The notes under the pieces were generated by a model, which saw only the letters and a list, made by a program, of their open reading frames with translations, ran no database searches and was not told the DNA's origin. A stretch of 64,000 nt of DNA. It comes from an uncultured Planctomycetota bacterium. GTDB taxonomy: Bacteria > Planctomycetota > Planctomycetia > Isosphaerales > Isosphaeraceae. Shown here in pieces: positions 19,815-30,102 of the stretch. The stretch lies in assembly GCA_963823665.1 (NCBI GenBank), contig CAWGMQ010000006.1, forward strand, positions 928,001 through 992,000. The letters run 5' to 3'. A program made the translations under genes and the position numbers. Position 1 is the stretch's first letter. Each line of letters starts with the position of its first letter.

Positions 19815-20597
19815 ATGTTATATGACCGGACGCTTGTCCAGATTCGTGAGCGACCATTTCTCGACTTGCTCGATCTTTCGCTGCATGTCATCCGGGCGAG
19901 GCCGCTCGCGCTCATGTTGCCCGCTTTGATCGGAATCGCGCCCTTTGCGGTGCTCAATGCGTGGCTTCTCTCCGACCCGAGCTTCTCGATGGTGTACTGG
20001 ATCATGCTGCTGGTTCTGGAGGTACCCTGGGCGACGGCCCCGCTGACCTTGGTGATCGGCGACCTGATGTTCGGAATCCCCGCGAGGCCGCGCCGCCTGG
20101 TCAAGACGCTGCTCGTGAGCCTTCCGGCATTGATCATGGGCCAGTTCATCGTCCGCGGCCTGTTCCTTCTCTGCGCCGTGTTCTATCCCGTGATGCCTAC
20201 GCAATATCCATTCTTGAACGAGGTGATCCTGCTGGAGCGGTCAGGTCCGTTCGAACAGTTCAAGCGCTCGACAATCCTCTGCAGCGGCTTTGGGTGGGAG
20301 CTTTTCATGCGCTGGATCGGCCAGCTTTTGCTCGGAGCGACCTTTGCGGTTTGCGTCTTGATGAGCGTGAGGACGATCGGCAGCGTAATGATCGGCAACG
20401 ACCTGACGTGGTACAGCCCGGGCATGACGGACCGGAACGGTCTGTTGTTTCAAGGGGCGGTCTGGATCGCGGTCGCATTCTTCGGGGTTTATCGCTTTTT
20501 TTCCTACATCGACAGGCGGATCCGGCTCGAGGGCTGGGAGCTCGATCTGCGAATCAAAGCGGTGGCCCGGGGGCTGGAGGCGAGAGGCGACTCATGA
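19815..20597 (+). CDS. Membrane protein of MoxR/DUF58 clusters
   Basis: Multi-TM; C-terminal YIDRRIRLEGWELDL motif; operon position. Confidence 0.8.
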   Translation: MLYDRTLVQIRERPFLDLLDLSLHVIRARPLALMLPALIGIAPFAVLNAWLLSDPSFSMVYWIMLLVLEVPWATAPLTLVIGDLMFGIPARPRRLVKTLLVSLPALIMGQFIVRGLFLLCAVFYPVMPTQYPFLNEVILLERSGPFEQFKRSTILCSGFGWELFMRWIGQLLLGATFAVCVLMSVRTIGSVMIGNDLTWYSPGMTDRNGLLFQGAVWIAVAFFGVYRFFSYIDRRIRLEGWELDLRIKAVARGLEARGDS

Positions 20598-21577
20598 TGG
20601 TGGTTCCCGCGTGGTTCGTGACGCTCGTTCTCTGTTCGGGGCTTCAGTTGGGAAACTCGCCTGCGCCGTGCGCGGCTGGTGAAGAGTGGGCTTCATTGAT
20701 CAGTTTCGGGGTGAAGGATTCGGCGGTTTTTGTTGCGCGACCGCTTTGTGATCATGGCGGCCGGGGTGCACCCCCTGTGGCCCCCCCTTCTGAAGGGGCG
20801 GAAGGATTGCGCGACATAGGCGGCATCCTGGATGCACCCCCCCTGGCGCCCCCTTCTGAAGGGGGGGAAGGTCGGGGGCCTGCAGCATCGGCGGGTCCAG
20901 TCCGCGAGGCGCTTCGGCGGGGGTCGTACCCGTGGTACGACTCGGGCGCGGATCGCTTGCGGCCGGTGTGGGCCCCGACGTGGCGCAAGTGGCTTGACGA
21001 CAAGCTCCAGGCGATCAGAAAGCGGATCGACCGTTTTTTCGAGGGTTCCGGCTCCGATGGGAGTTCTTCCGACGGCGTGAGAGCCGGCGGCGAGTACCTG
21101 GGAACCATGCTGCTCGCGGCGGTCCTGGCTGCGTTCTTCGTGTTTCTGATCGTGCTCTGGGTGCGCCGCGAGCCGTTCGACGTGGGATCGAGCGCGGCAC
21201 GATCGAGTGCCGGCAAGGGCCATCTTCTGGCGGCGCTTCCCGAGGAATTGGCGTCCGGTTTCGATGATCCGTGGGCCGAAGCCCAGCGCCGACGCAGTGC
21301 GGGTGATCTCGCCGGTGCGGTGATTTACCTGTTCGCGCATCAACTCTTGAGCCTTCATCGAGCGGGGTTGATCCGTCTTGCGCCGGGCTGGACGGGGCGG
21401 CAATATGTGCGCCGGCTGCAAGATCCGGTGCTGGTTGATTCGCTCCGGGCCACGGTGCGCCTGTTCGAGGAGATCTACTACGGCCACCGGCGGCCTTCGG
21501 CCCAGGCGTTCGAACAGGTCTGGAGCCGCGCACTTGCGCTTGAGGCGCGGCGCGGTGAGCTGGAGGCGTCGTCATGA
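20594..21577 (+). CDS. DUF4129 domain protein
   Basis: YPWYD, TM helix, AVIYLF...GWTGRQY...LFEEIYYGHR. Confidence 0.85.
   Translation: MMVVPAWFVTLVLCSGLQLGNSPAPCAAGEEWASLISFGVKDSAVFVARPLCDHGGRGAPPVAPPSEGAEGLRDIGGILDAPPLAPPSEGGEGRGPAASAGPVREALRRGSYPWYDSGADRLRPVWAPTWRKWLDDKLQAIRKRIDRFFEGSGSDGSSSDGVRAGGEYLGTMLLAAVLAAFFVFLIVLWVRREPFDVGSSAARSSAGKGHLLAALPEELASGFDDPWAEAQRRRSAGDLAGAVIYLFAHQLLSLHRAGLIRLAPGWTGRQYVRRLQDPVLVDSLRATVRLFEEIYYGHRRPSAQAFEQVWSRALALEARRGELEASS
20767..20871 (+). repeat. Two in-frame copies of a CCCCCTTCTGAAGGGG palindromic element inside the DUF4129 gene
   Basis: Copies at 20767-20805 and 20833-20871; related to the intergenic element at 39221-39256. Confidence 0.75.
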
Positions 21578-22793
21578 AACTCCGCCGCGGGGCGCGTTTC
21601 GCCATTCTCATCTGTTCGACGGTGATCGTGAGCTTGCCCGGTTGCGGATCCACTGGGCCGCAGACCGAATACGGCATGAGCCGAGGTGCGAGCTTGAACG
21701 GAACGGCTGCGCTGGCAGAGCTGTTGCGCAGCCGCGGGCACACGGTTCGCGCGGCCGTTCGCCTGACCGAGACTCTGGCTGAGTGGGCAGACGGCATGGT
21801 GCGGTTTGCGCCCTATCCCGGGCCCCCTGAAGCCGACGAGGCCCGATGGCTGACTGCTTGGCTGAATCAAAATCCGGATCGCTGGCTGATCTACGTTGTG
21901 CGCGACTTCGATGCCACGGCAGAGTACTGGACGGCGATCCGAGACGGCTTCGCGGAATCGGGCGACCGCGGTCGGCGAGCCGAGGCGGAGGCAAACCTGA
22001 TCGAGGCGGCGGACTGGGTAGAGAAGCTGCCGAGCAAGCCGTGGAATACCGGCAGGGCCCACGACTGGTTTGCAGTCGAGCGCGGGGCGAGCCCGCCGGA
22101 GGTTTGCACCAAGCTCGAAGGCCCGTGGGCGAAGGATATCGACTCCGCGGGCGCCGAGTTTGGCTGCACGAGGCGATCGTGGCCGACGGCCGCGCAATAC
22201 TGCTCTCCGGGGACGGCAAGCCGCTGGTGGTCGACAAGCGCTTGATCGATGAGCGGAACATTCTGATCGTCGCCAACGGCTCGTTCTTGCTCAACGAAGC
22301 ACTGGTCAATCCGGGGCGCCGGAGCCTGGCGCTTCAGGGTGGCGGAGTGGCCGGTTGGCCGGGAGCAGCACATCGCGTTCGTGGAGGGCTCGTACGTCTT
22401 GATGAGCGAGGAAGTTGGAATGCCTTCCATCTGGGACCTCATGAATCGGTTGCCGCCCATGCGGTGGGTGGGCGGACAGATGTTGCTCGCGGCATTGCTG
22501 GCGGCCTTGGCGCGGCGCCAAGGCTGGGCCGGCCGAGGCCTGACCCACCCTCGGGAGCAGACCGTCCGGCTGCCCATGCCGAGGCGCTCGGGGCCTTGCT
22601 TGCCGCGAGCCGCGCCAGGGCCGAGTCGCTCGACCTGCTGGAACGCTACCGTCTCTGGCGCTGGCCCCACGGGGCGCGCGGGCACGCCCGCGGGTCCGGA
22701 GGAGCCGGGCCATCCCAATGGGCGCCGCCTGAAGTCGGCAGCAGCGCAAAGGCTGGCTCACTCGGTTCTCCGGAACATACAGAAATACATTAA
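21574..22793 (+). CDS. DUF4350-like lipoprotein (3 frameshifts near 22157, 22335, 22513)
   Basis: LPGC lipobox, SLNGTAALAELL, VANGSFLLNEAL, APRLGRPR...HAEALGALL across alternating frames. Confidence 0.75.
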
Positions 22794-22855
22794 CTTTGAC
22801 GTAATGATCACTCAGTTATTTTATTGATCGATCGAAGATAGAGGGCGATTCCCGA

Positions 22856-23905
22856 ATGGACGAGTTTCAATTCGAGATCGACGAAACGACCGCCGGAAAG
22901 CCGCCGGAAGGGGCTGCCGCCACGGCGGGAGCCGTGGCACCTGCAAGGGAAGGATCTCAGGTGCTCGGCTGGGCCGATCGGGTCGAAAGCGAGGTCAGCA
23001 AGGTCTTCGTCGGTCAGACGAAGCTGGTGCGCGGTGTTCTGACGGCGCTCCTGGCTGACGGACACGTTCTGTTCGAGAGCGTCCCGGGACTGGGCAAGAC
23101 GCTGCTGGTGCGCGTGCTGGGCCGCGTGCTCGGGTGTGCGTTCAGCCGGATTCAGTTCACACCCGATCTGATGCCATCGGATGTCACCGGCTCGCCGATC
23201 TACGACGAGCGGATTTCCGACTTCCGGTTTCGTCCGGGGCCGGTCTTCACGCAGCTCCTGCTCGCGGATGAGATCAATCGAGCGCCGGCGAAGACCCATT
23301 CGGCCCTGCTCGAGATCATGCAGGAGAGCCGGGTGACGATCGACGGCGTGAGCCATGCCATCGAGCCGCCTTTCCTGGTGATGGCCACTCAGAACCCGAT
23401 CGAGTCGGAAGGAACTTACAACCTTCCCGAGGCACAGCTTGACCGTTTTCTCCTGAAGCTTGTCGTGGACTATCCGAGCCCCGCGGAGGAGATCGACATT
23501 CTCAGGCTGCACACCCGCAGCCAGGCGCCGGACCGGGACATCGCCGCGGAGCTTGCGGTGGTGACGGGCCCTGCGGAGGTTCTGGAGATGCAGCGCCGCG
23601 CTCGCGAGGTGCTGGTCGACGAGCACCTGCTGGGATACATCTCGAGCCTGGTGCGCAAGACTCGCGAGTGGCCCACGTTTTCTCTGGGCGCGTCGCCGCG
23701 TGCGGGTGTGGCGATCTTGCGTGCTGCGCGTGCCGTCGCGGCGCTCGAAGGGCGCAGCTACCTCTTGCCGGACGACATTCAGGACGTGCTATTGCCCTCG
23801 CTGCGTCATCGGGTGATCTTGACGCCCGAGGCCGAGGTGGAGGGGCGCTCTGCGGATGTGCTGCTCACCGAGCTGATCCGATCCGTCGAGGTTCCCTTGC
23901 GATGA
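22856..23905 (+). CDS. moxR: MoxR family AAA+ ATPase
   Basis: ESVPGLGKT, RIQFTPDLMPSD, LLADEINRAPAKT, ATQNPIE, LPEAQLDRF. Confidence 0.95.
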   Translation: MDEFQFEIDETTAGKPPEGAAATAGAVAPAREGSQVLGWADRVESEVSKVFVGQTKLVRGVLTALLADGHVLFESVPGLGKTLLVRVLGRVLGCAFSRIQFTPDLMPSDVTGSPIYDERISDFRFRPGPVFTQLLLADEINRAPAKTHSALLEIMQESRVTIDGVSHAIEPPFLVMATQNPIESEGTYNLPEAQLDRFLLKLVVDYPSPAEEIDILRLHTRSQAPDRDIAAELAVVTGPAEVLEMQRRAREVLVDEHLLGYISSLVRKTREWPTFSLGASPRAGVAILRAARAVAALEGRSYLLPDDIQDVLLPSLRHRVILTPEAEVEGRSADVLLTELIRSVEVPLR

Positions 23906-25224
23906 AGATGATCTGGCCGGGAAGGGCGCTGGGCGTTGCGTTTCTGGTTCCGGCGCTCCTGTCGCTGACTGTGCTGATCAGCGAGGATTTTCTGCCACTT
24001 GTGCTTCTGGTCGACACCGTGGCCGGAGCGCTCGCGGTCTTCGACCTGTTCACGCTCTCCGGGGCGAGCCGGGTTTCGTTCGAGCGGAACCTGAATGCGG
24101 TCTGTTCGCTCGATGAGCCTTGCGCGGTCGAGCTGGTTCTGGAAAACCTGGGGCGATCGCCTCGCTTTCTCACGCTGCGCGACGACGTGCCGGATGAATT
24201 CACGGCGGTGCCAGCGTCGTTCGAGGTCAAGCTTCCCGGCAAGCGGAGAGTGATGCTTGCGTATGAATTCGTACCGAAGAAGCGAGGAACTTATCGTTTC
24301 GAGCGAGTCGACGCGCTGTGCTCGAGCCGGCTGGGATTCTGGCGCTGCCAGGTTTCGTGGCCGCTCTTGACCGAGGTGCGGGTTTACCCTGACATTCACC
24401 AGCTCGGGCGTTACTCGATGCTCGCCCGCCGCGACCACCTGAGTACGATCGGCGTGCGCCGTTCGCGCCGGCTGGGAACTGACAATGAGTTTGAGCGGCT
24501 GCGCGACTACATCGAGGGGGATGATCCGCGGCACATCGACTGGCGAGCGACGGCCCGCCGGAGCAAGCTCACGTGCCGGGCGTTTCAGCTCAATCAGAGC
24601 CAGCGGATCATCTTCTTGATTGATTGCGGGCGACTCATGGCCGGAGATACCGGCGACGGTCTCTCGCCGCTGGATCACGCGTTCAACGCCATGCTGCTGC
24701 TGGCCCACGTCGCGTTCATCCGTGGCGACCAGGTCGGCCTTCTGGCTTTTTCTGACCGGGTGCGTGCGTTCGTCGCGCCCTCCGGCGGGCCCACGAGGAT
24801 CAAACGCCTGGTGCACAGCGTTCACAACGTGTTTCCCGAGATGGTGGAATCGCGGTATGATCGCGCGTTTATCGAACTCGAGAATCGCTGTCGCAAGCGC
24901 TCTCTGGTCGTGCTCATGACCAATCTCTTCGACGACTTGAATGCTCAGCTCGCGGCGACTTATCTGCGCAATGTTCGCGGCCGCCACCTCCCGCTGGCGG
25001 TTTTCCTGCGCGACCACGATCTCTTCGCGCTGGCTGACCGGGCGGGCCCGGAGGGATTGAGCCTGTACCAGGGCGCGGGGGCCGCGGCGATGCTCAACTG
25101 GCGTGAGCGTGTGCTCTCCGGCCTGCGGCAGGCCGGAGTGTTGACCATCGATGCATTTCCGGAGGAGCTCACCGCGGAGCTCGTCAATCGCTATCTCGAG
25201 ATCAAGGCGCGACACCTGCTCTGA
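23902..25224 (+). CDS. DUF58 (vWA-like) domain protein
   Basis: EFERLRDYIEGDDPRHIDWRATAR, IDCGRLM, GDQVGLLAF. Confidence 0.93.
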   Translation: MKMIWPGRALGVAFLVPALLSLTVLISEDFLPLVLLVDTVAGALAVFDLFTLSGASRVSFERNLNAVCSLDEPCAVELVLENLGRSPRFLTLRDDVPDEFTAVPASFEVKLPGKRRVMLAYEFVPKKRGTYRFERVDALCSSRLGFWRCQVSWPLLTEVRVYPDIHQLGRYSMLARRDHLSTIGVRRSRRLGTDNEFERLRDYIEGDDPRHIDWRATARRSKLTCRAFQLNQSQRIIFLIDCGRLMAGDTGDGLSPLDHAFNAMLLLAHVAFIRGDQVGLLAFSDRVRAFVAPSGGPTRIKRLVHSVHNVFPEMVESRYDRAFIELENRCRKRSLVVLMTNLFDDLNAQLAATYLRNVRGRHLPLAVFLRDHDLFALADRAGPEGLSLYQGAGAAAMLNWRERVLSGLRQAGVLTIDAFPEELTAELVNRYLEIKARHLL

Positions 25225-25228
25225 CCGC

Positions 25229-25804
25229 TTACCGCGCGGCCGCGAGCTTTTCCATGAACTCCACTACGCGCGGCTCGTGCCAGTCGGCCGATCCGACTTC
25301 GGTGGCGGCGATCCGGCCATCGGCCGTGATCAGAAAGGTGGCCGGGATGCCTTCCGACCAGAATACATGTGGGATCTTTTTGTCTTTGACTCGCAGGAAC
25401 GTCATACCGAAGTTCTTGCCTTTCAAGTACTGGCGGACAGTCTCGGCGTCGTCATCGACCGAAATGCAGACAAACTCGATCGATTTTCCGGCGAGGCGGG
25501 GATCACGCGCCAGCGTGTCGATCGATGGCATCTCGCGCACGCACGGGCCGCACCAGGTGGCCCAGAAATTGAGGAAGACAGGCTTGCCTTTGAACTTGGA
25601 GAAAGCGACGGGCTGGTCGTCCAGGTCGAGCGCGCTCCAGTCATAGGTGGCGGGCTCGCTCATGCCGGAGTCTTCGAGCCTGGCGCTGCGCTTGGGCCCG
25701 AAAAACGTCAGATAGCCGAACCAGAACACGAAGAGACCAATGGCCGCGTATAACAGGATTCGATATGGGTTGCCTGCCTTTCCAGGCGGCGGCGAAGGAT
25801 CCAT
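25229..25804 (-). CDS. TlpA-family thiol-disulfide oxidoreductase
   Basis: N-terminal TM; LNFWATWCGPCVREMP; GIPATF. Confidence 0.93.
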   Translation of the reverse strand: MDPSPPPGKAGNPYRILLYAAIGLFVFWFGYLTFFGPKRSARLEDSGMSEPATYDWSALDLDDQPVAFSKFKGKPVFLNFWATWCGPCVREMPSIDTLARDPRLAGKSIEFVCISVDDDAETVRQYLKGKNFGMTFLRVKDKKIPHVFWSEGIPATFLITADGRIAATEVGSADWHEPRVVEFMEKLAAAR

Positions 25805-25828
25805 GTGCAGCCTCCAACAACGATGCCA

Positions 25829-28800
25829 TCAATCCGTGCCACGCGTTTCCGCCACCGGCGCCAGCAAGTTGTCGACGGGGGCGTAGTCGTCGGTGAGAAT
25901 GATGTTGCGCGACCTCAGGTCGATGGCCTTTTCGTCCGCTGCGCTATAGGGCTCGCACAACGTCAACTTGCCGTACTTGTAGAACTTGGGGTCATCGACG
26001 CGTTTGCCGAGCTCATCGAGGTCGAGCTTCTGGTTCGACGCAACCACGACGAATGTCTCACGCGAGCCTTTGCCCGGCACATCGTCAGTCCCGAAGATAT
26101 ACACATGATCGAAGGTTTTCTTTGCGGTGCGCACCCAGGCGCCGACGAACCCGCCGAAGCGATATGCGGCGGCCTTCGAGTCGGCGCGGATTCTCTTCTT
26201 CCTGGCATCGGTCTGTTCGCTGGTTTTGAGCTTGTCGATCTCGGATTCGGCTTTCTCATCGGCTCGCTCGTCGGATTCGTAGGCGTCAATGATATTGATC
26301 ATGTAGACGCCTGTGGGTGTCATCATTTTCTTGAGCTTTTCGTTGAATTCGAGCGTGGTCAAGTGCCAGGGAACCGAGAAGTCGTTGAATGCGTCGCCGA
26401 AGATCAAGTCGTATTTCTTGGTGTCCTGGTGCAGTTCCACGAACTGGCGTGCATCGCCCCAGTAGGTCTGGATGGTTGTGTCGCGGGGCAGGCCGGTGGC
26501 CTCGAAGTTGGCGCGGGTGACGTTGGGATCGATTTCCGCGACGTCGACCGCCGTGCCGGGATAGGCATACTGCATGTGCCGCTGGAAACAGTAAGCACCG
26601 CCGCCCAGGAACAGCGTTTTCAAGCCCGAGTTCGCCACGTTGGGGAGCACCGAGCCGTTCTCGGGTGTTTCCTCGGGCATCAGCTTATCGAGATCGCTCG
26701 AGCGCAGATCCGGCTTGACGGCCTTCTTCTCCTTAGTGAGATCGTCCTGGGCGACGTCCTGGGGGGCCACCGGCTTCCCCTTGCCGCCGTCGGGGGCACC
26801 CACCTGGATGCTCCGGAGCCCTCCTCCGGGCGCGGCCGATTTCGGGCTCTCGGTCGGCCCTTCGGATTTCTTCTTGGCGTCGTTCTTCTCTTCGATGGGA
26901 GGCCCGTCCTTTTTCGCGCCGGCGCGACGACCTGGGGGATCACCGTATTTTTGGGGGCCGCTTTAGCGGTTTCTGCGGGCTCGGCCATGGTCAGCTTGCC
27001 GCTGGCCTTGGCTGCGCGATAGGCCACCATTGCATAAATATGTTCATAATCGTAGTCGAGCCGCTCGGGGTGGCCCAGCACGAAGTAGCCGTGAATCAGA
27101 TTGTCGAGAACGAGCGTGCGCATGATCAGCTCGCCATTGTCGACGCGTTTGTTTTCGATCTTGATGAAGTAGTAGTTGCTCTCGTCGATCCAGGCGTACT
27201 TGCCCTGGTTCTCGAGGTCAGCCTGGTCCTCGCGAATTCCCATCTTCTGTCCGAGCTCTTCGAATCGCTTACCGTCGGCGATCGGCAGGAACCGGCCGAT
27301 GGTGCTGTCGACGAGCCAGGGCGGCGTGAACGCCAGCGCGCAGAGCCCGAGCGGAATGCCCGCCCAGATCGCGTGCCAGGTGGGGCCGAAGAAGGTCGCG
27401 CAGAACGCCAGCAATGTACCCAGAACGAGAATCACGCCCTTGGTGCCCAGAAAGTTGATCATGACGAAACCGGTCAGGAATGTGCCGATGATGCTGCCGA
27501 CCATCCCCCAGGCATAGACCTCGCCGATCGCGGTGCCGGTGCGGCGGAACTGTTTCAGGCGGTCGACTGCCAGCTTGGCGACGACGGGGCTGACCGTGCC
27601 CATCGTGACCGCGGGGCAGAAGAACACCAGGGTGACCAGGAACAGAATCCGGTAGGGCCAGGAAAGCGAAATCGCCACCGGCCCGAGTTTGAGCGTCGAG
27701 AGCTCGTTGGCCTGCTGAAGCACCGACTCTTGCTTCCCGCCGAAGAGCATATCGGCCAGGACTTCCGGCTGTGTGTCCATCGGAATGACGAACAACGTGA
27801 CGACCGACGCCGCCAGGAACAGCCAGCTCGCCTGTTTCTCGTTCTTGACGAAATCAGCGATCTTGCCCCCGAGGAAATTGCCCAGGCTGAGCCCGGCGAG
27901 CAAGACGCCGATCACACTCGTCCAGCCGTAGATGCTCGAGCCCATGTACCGCTGCACCAACCTGCCGGCAACCATCTCGAACGACATGAACACCAGGCTG
28001 GCAACGAACGCCAGGAACGCCAGATCGGCCAGGCTCGGCCGCGGCTTCTCCGTTCCGACGTCGTCGGCGGCAAGCTTCGGGCTCTTCGATCTGGGCTCGG
28101 GCACTGGAGCGGCGCTTCGTGCCGCCAGCAAGCCCTTGGCTCCCAGCAAGCCGAGCACACAACCGGCCAGATTTCCGAGCAGGGCCACGTAGTTGATCTG
28201 GTAAGAGCCGAGGTTCACCGCGCCCATGCTGGGGTTGCCCAGCATCGACAGGATCGAGCCGGCGAGCAGCAAGACTGCGGTCGCGAGCCCGACCACAAGC
28301 CCGGCGAGGTCGCTCATGAGCACGCCGGCCAGGGCCGCGAGTGCCGCGGCGACAATCAGCACGATCACCGATGAGGGAGCCAAATAGATGAGCACAAAAC
28401 CACAAAAAAATGTGCCGATGATCGAGCCCACGGCCCCGAAAAAGTACACGTCGCCGATTGCACTGCCGGCCTTCCTCGACTGCTCAACGGCGATCTTGGC
28501 GACGACTGGCCCGACCATTCCCAGCACCGTCGCGGGAATCAGAAAGACCAGGGAGACGACCATTACGGTGCGCAACTCCCAGGGGATGCCCAGGCTGCTC
28601 GGCAACAGAATTCCCACGAAGGCGTTCATCCAGAGGGTGAGGATCGTCAGGAACGCGCCCAAGGCGAAAAGCGGTCCCACCGCCCGGCGCGGGTCGGCGC
28701 GGTCGGCCAGGCGCCCTCCCAGGACGTTGCCCAGACAGATGCCGCCCAGGATGATCCCGATCACGCTGGTCCAGACCGTGAGCGACGCGCCGACGTGCTG

Positions 28801-28935
28801 CGCGACCAGGCGGCTCGAGACCAGCTCGAGAGTCATGATGCAAAGGCTGCTGAAGAACGCCAGAGCATATGGCAGCAGCCGGTTGGCAGAACCTAGCATG
28901 GAACGAACACTCCCAGTTTCTCCGACGGGCGGCAT
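25829..28935 (-). CDS. Fused MFS / spermidine synthase family protein (frameshift near 26945)
   Basis: Two repeated TM modules (ELVSSRLV..WTSVIG..LG.GN.LGG.AD), then LFLGGGAY, EIDP, GDARQF, YDLIFGDAF, LTDDYAPVDNL. Confidence 0.88.
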
Positions 28936-29133
28936 GGGCGAACGGAAACCCTTGGCGGGTAAACCACTCGAAACGATCAGGTACACCATATCCGACGTGA
29001 GTGCATCCCGACAACGGGGCACTTTTTCCCCGTCAGTCGGTTGCTCCAGGGCGTTCCTCCGGCAAAATATTAGGTCGAAGGCGTGAACGCATCTGGACTG
29101 ACTTCCAACCACTGACAATTAACAATTCGACAA

Positions 29134-30078
29134 ATGATCCTCTGTGTTACTTTGAACCCCTGCCTGGACAAGACGCTGACCGTTCCCGCCTGGCGACCGG
29201 GCGACCTGGTGCGGGGAACGGCCGTGCGTGAAGTGGTTGGCGGCAAGGGCAACAACGTCGCTCGAGCGCTCCACGCTCTTGCGCGGCAATCGCGCCCCGT
29301 CACGTTTTTCGGCGGCTCGGTGGGCAGTTATTGTGAACGACTGCTGCGATCCGACGACGGCTTCGAGCCCATCGTCGTGCCCACCGAGTCGCCGACGCGG
29401 GTGATCTTGACCCTGCGAACCGGGGCGACGTCCGAGCAGACCGCGTTCTTCGACCCCAATCCGGCGGTCACGTTCGAAGAGGCCGAAGCACTTGCGGCAT
29501 GCGTTCTTCGCGAGCTCGCCTGTGGGGCCATCGACGCGCTTTGCCTGTCCGGCTCGAGTCCCGCCCAGGCGACGCACGGCCTCTATTCTGACTTGATCGC
29601 GATGGCGCTGGCGCGAAGCATTCCGGTTTATCTTGACACCTATGGACCAGCACTCACGGCGATCTGGGGCTTCTGGCCAACCGTCATTCAACTCAATCGC
29701 CGCGAGGCTGCTCTGCACCTGCGCAACCCGGGGCTTCCGATCGCGATGTGGCCGCTTTGCTGGAGGAATGGAGTCGGCGTGGCGTGCTCTGCGCGGTGGT
29801 CACTGACGGGCCTAACCCGGTTTCGATCCTCCATCGCGGGCAAGAAATACCGCGCGGTTCCGCCGCGAATCAACCCGGTCAATCCGATCGGATCAGGCGA
29901 CTGCATGCTTGCCGGCCTCGTCGATGGCTGGCTGAGCGGCCTCGAGCCTGAGCCGCTCTTTCGACATGCCGTCGCCTGTGCTGTCGCCAATGCACTTGTC
30001 TGGGACGCAGGAGCGATCGAGATCACCGAGGTCGCCCGATGGCGAGACCAGGTGGTCGTGGAGTCGCTGGGCCAATGA
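29134..30078 (+). CDS. 1-phosphofructokinase family (PfkB) hexose kinase, with a compensating frameshift pair ~29735-29830
   Basis: VTLNPCLD, GGKGNNVARAL, LSGS, NPIGSGDCMLAG. The alternate frame restores LEEWSRRGVLCAVVTDG. Confidence 0.9.
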   Translation: MILCVTLNPCLDKTLTVPAWRPGDLVRGTAVREVVGGKGNNVARALHALARQSRPVTFFGGSVGSYCERLLRSDDGFEPIVVPTESPTRVILTLRTGATSEQTAFFDPNPAVTFEEAEALAACVLRELACGAIDALCLSGSSPAQATHGLYSDLIAMALARSIPVYLDTYGPALTAIWGFWPTVIQLNRREAALHLRNPGLPIAMWPLCWRNGVGVACSARWSLTGLTRFRSSIAGKKYRAVPPRINPVNPIGSGDCMLAGLVDGWLSGLEPEPLFRHAVACAVANALVWDAGAIEITEVARWRDQVVVESLGQ

Positions 30079-30102
30079 GCGATCAGATCGCTGGGAATTC
30101 GA

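Noticed and set aside
23806..28374. Long opposite-strand ORFs (23806-25215, 25805-27022, 27040-28374)
   Set aside because: Shadows of DUF58 and the MFS/spermidine synthase gene.
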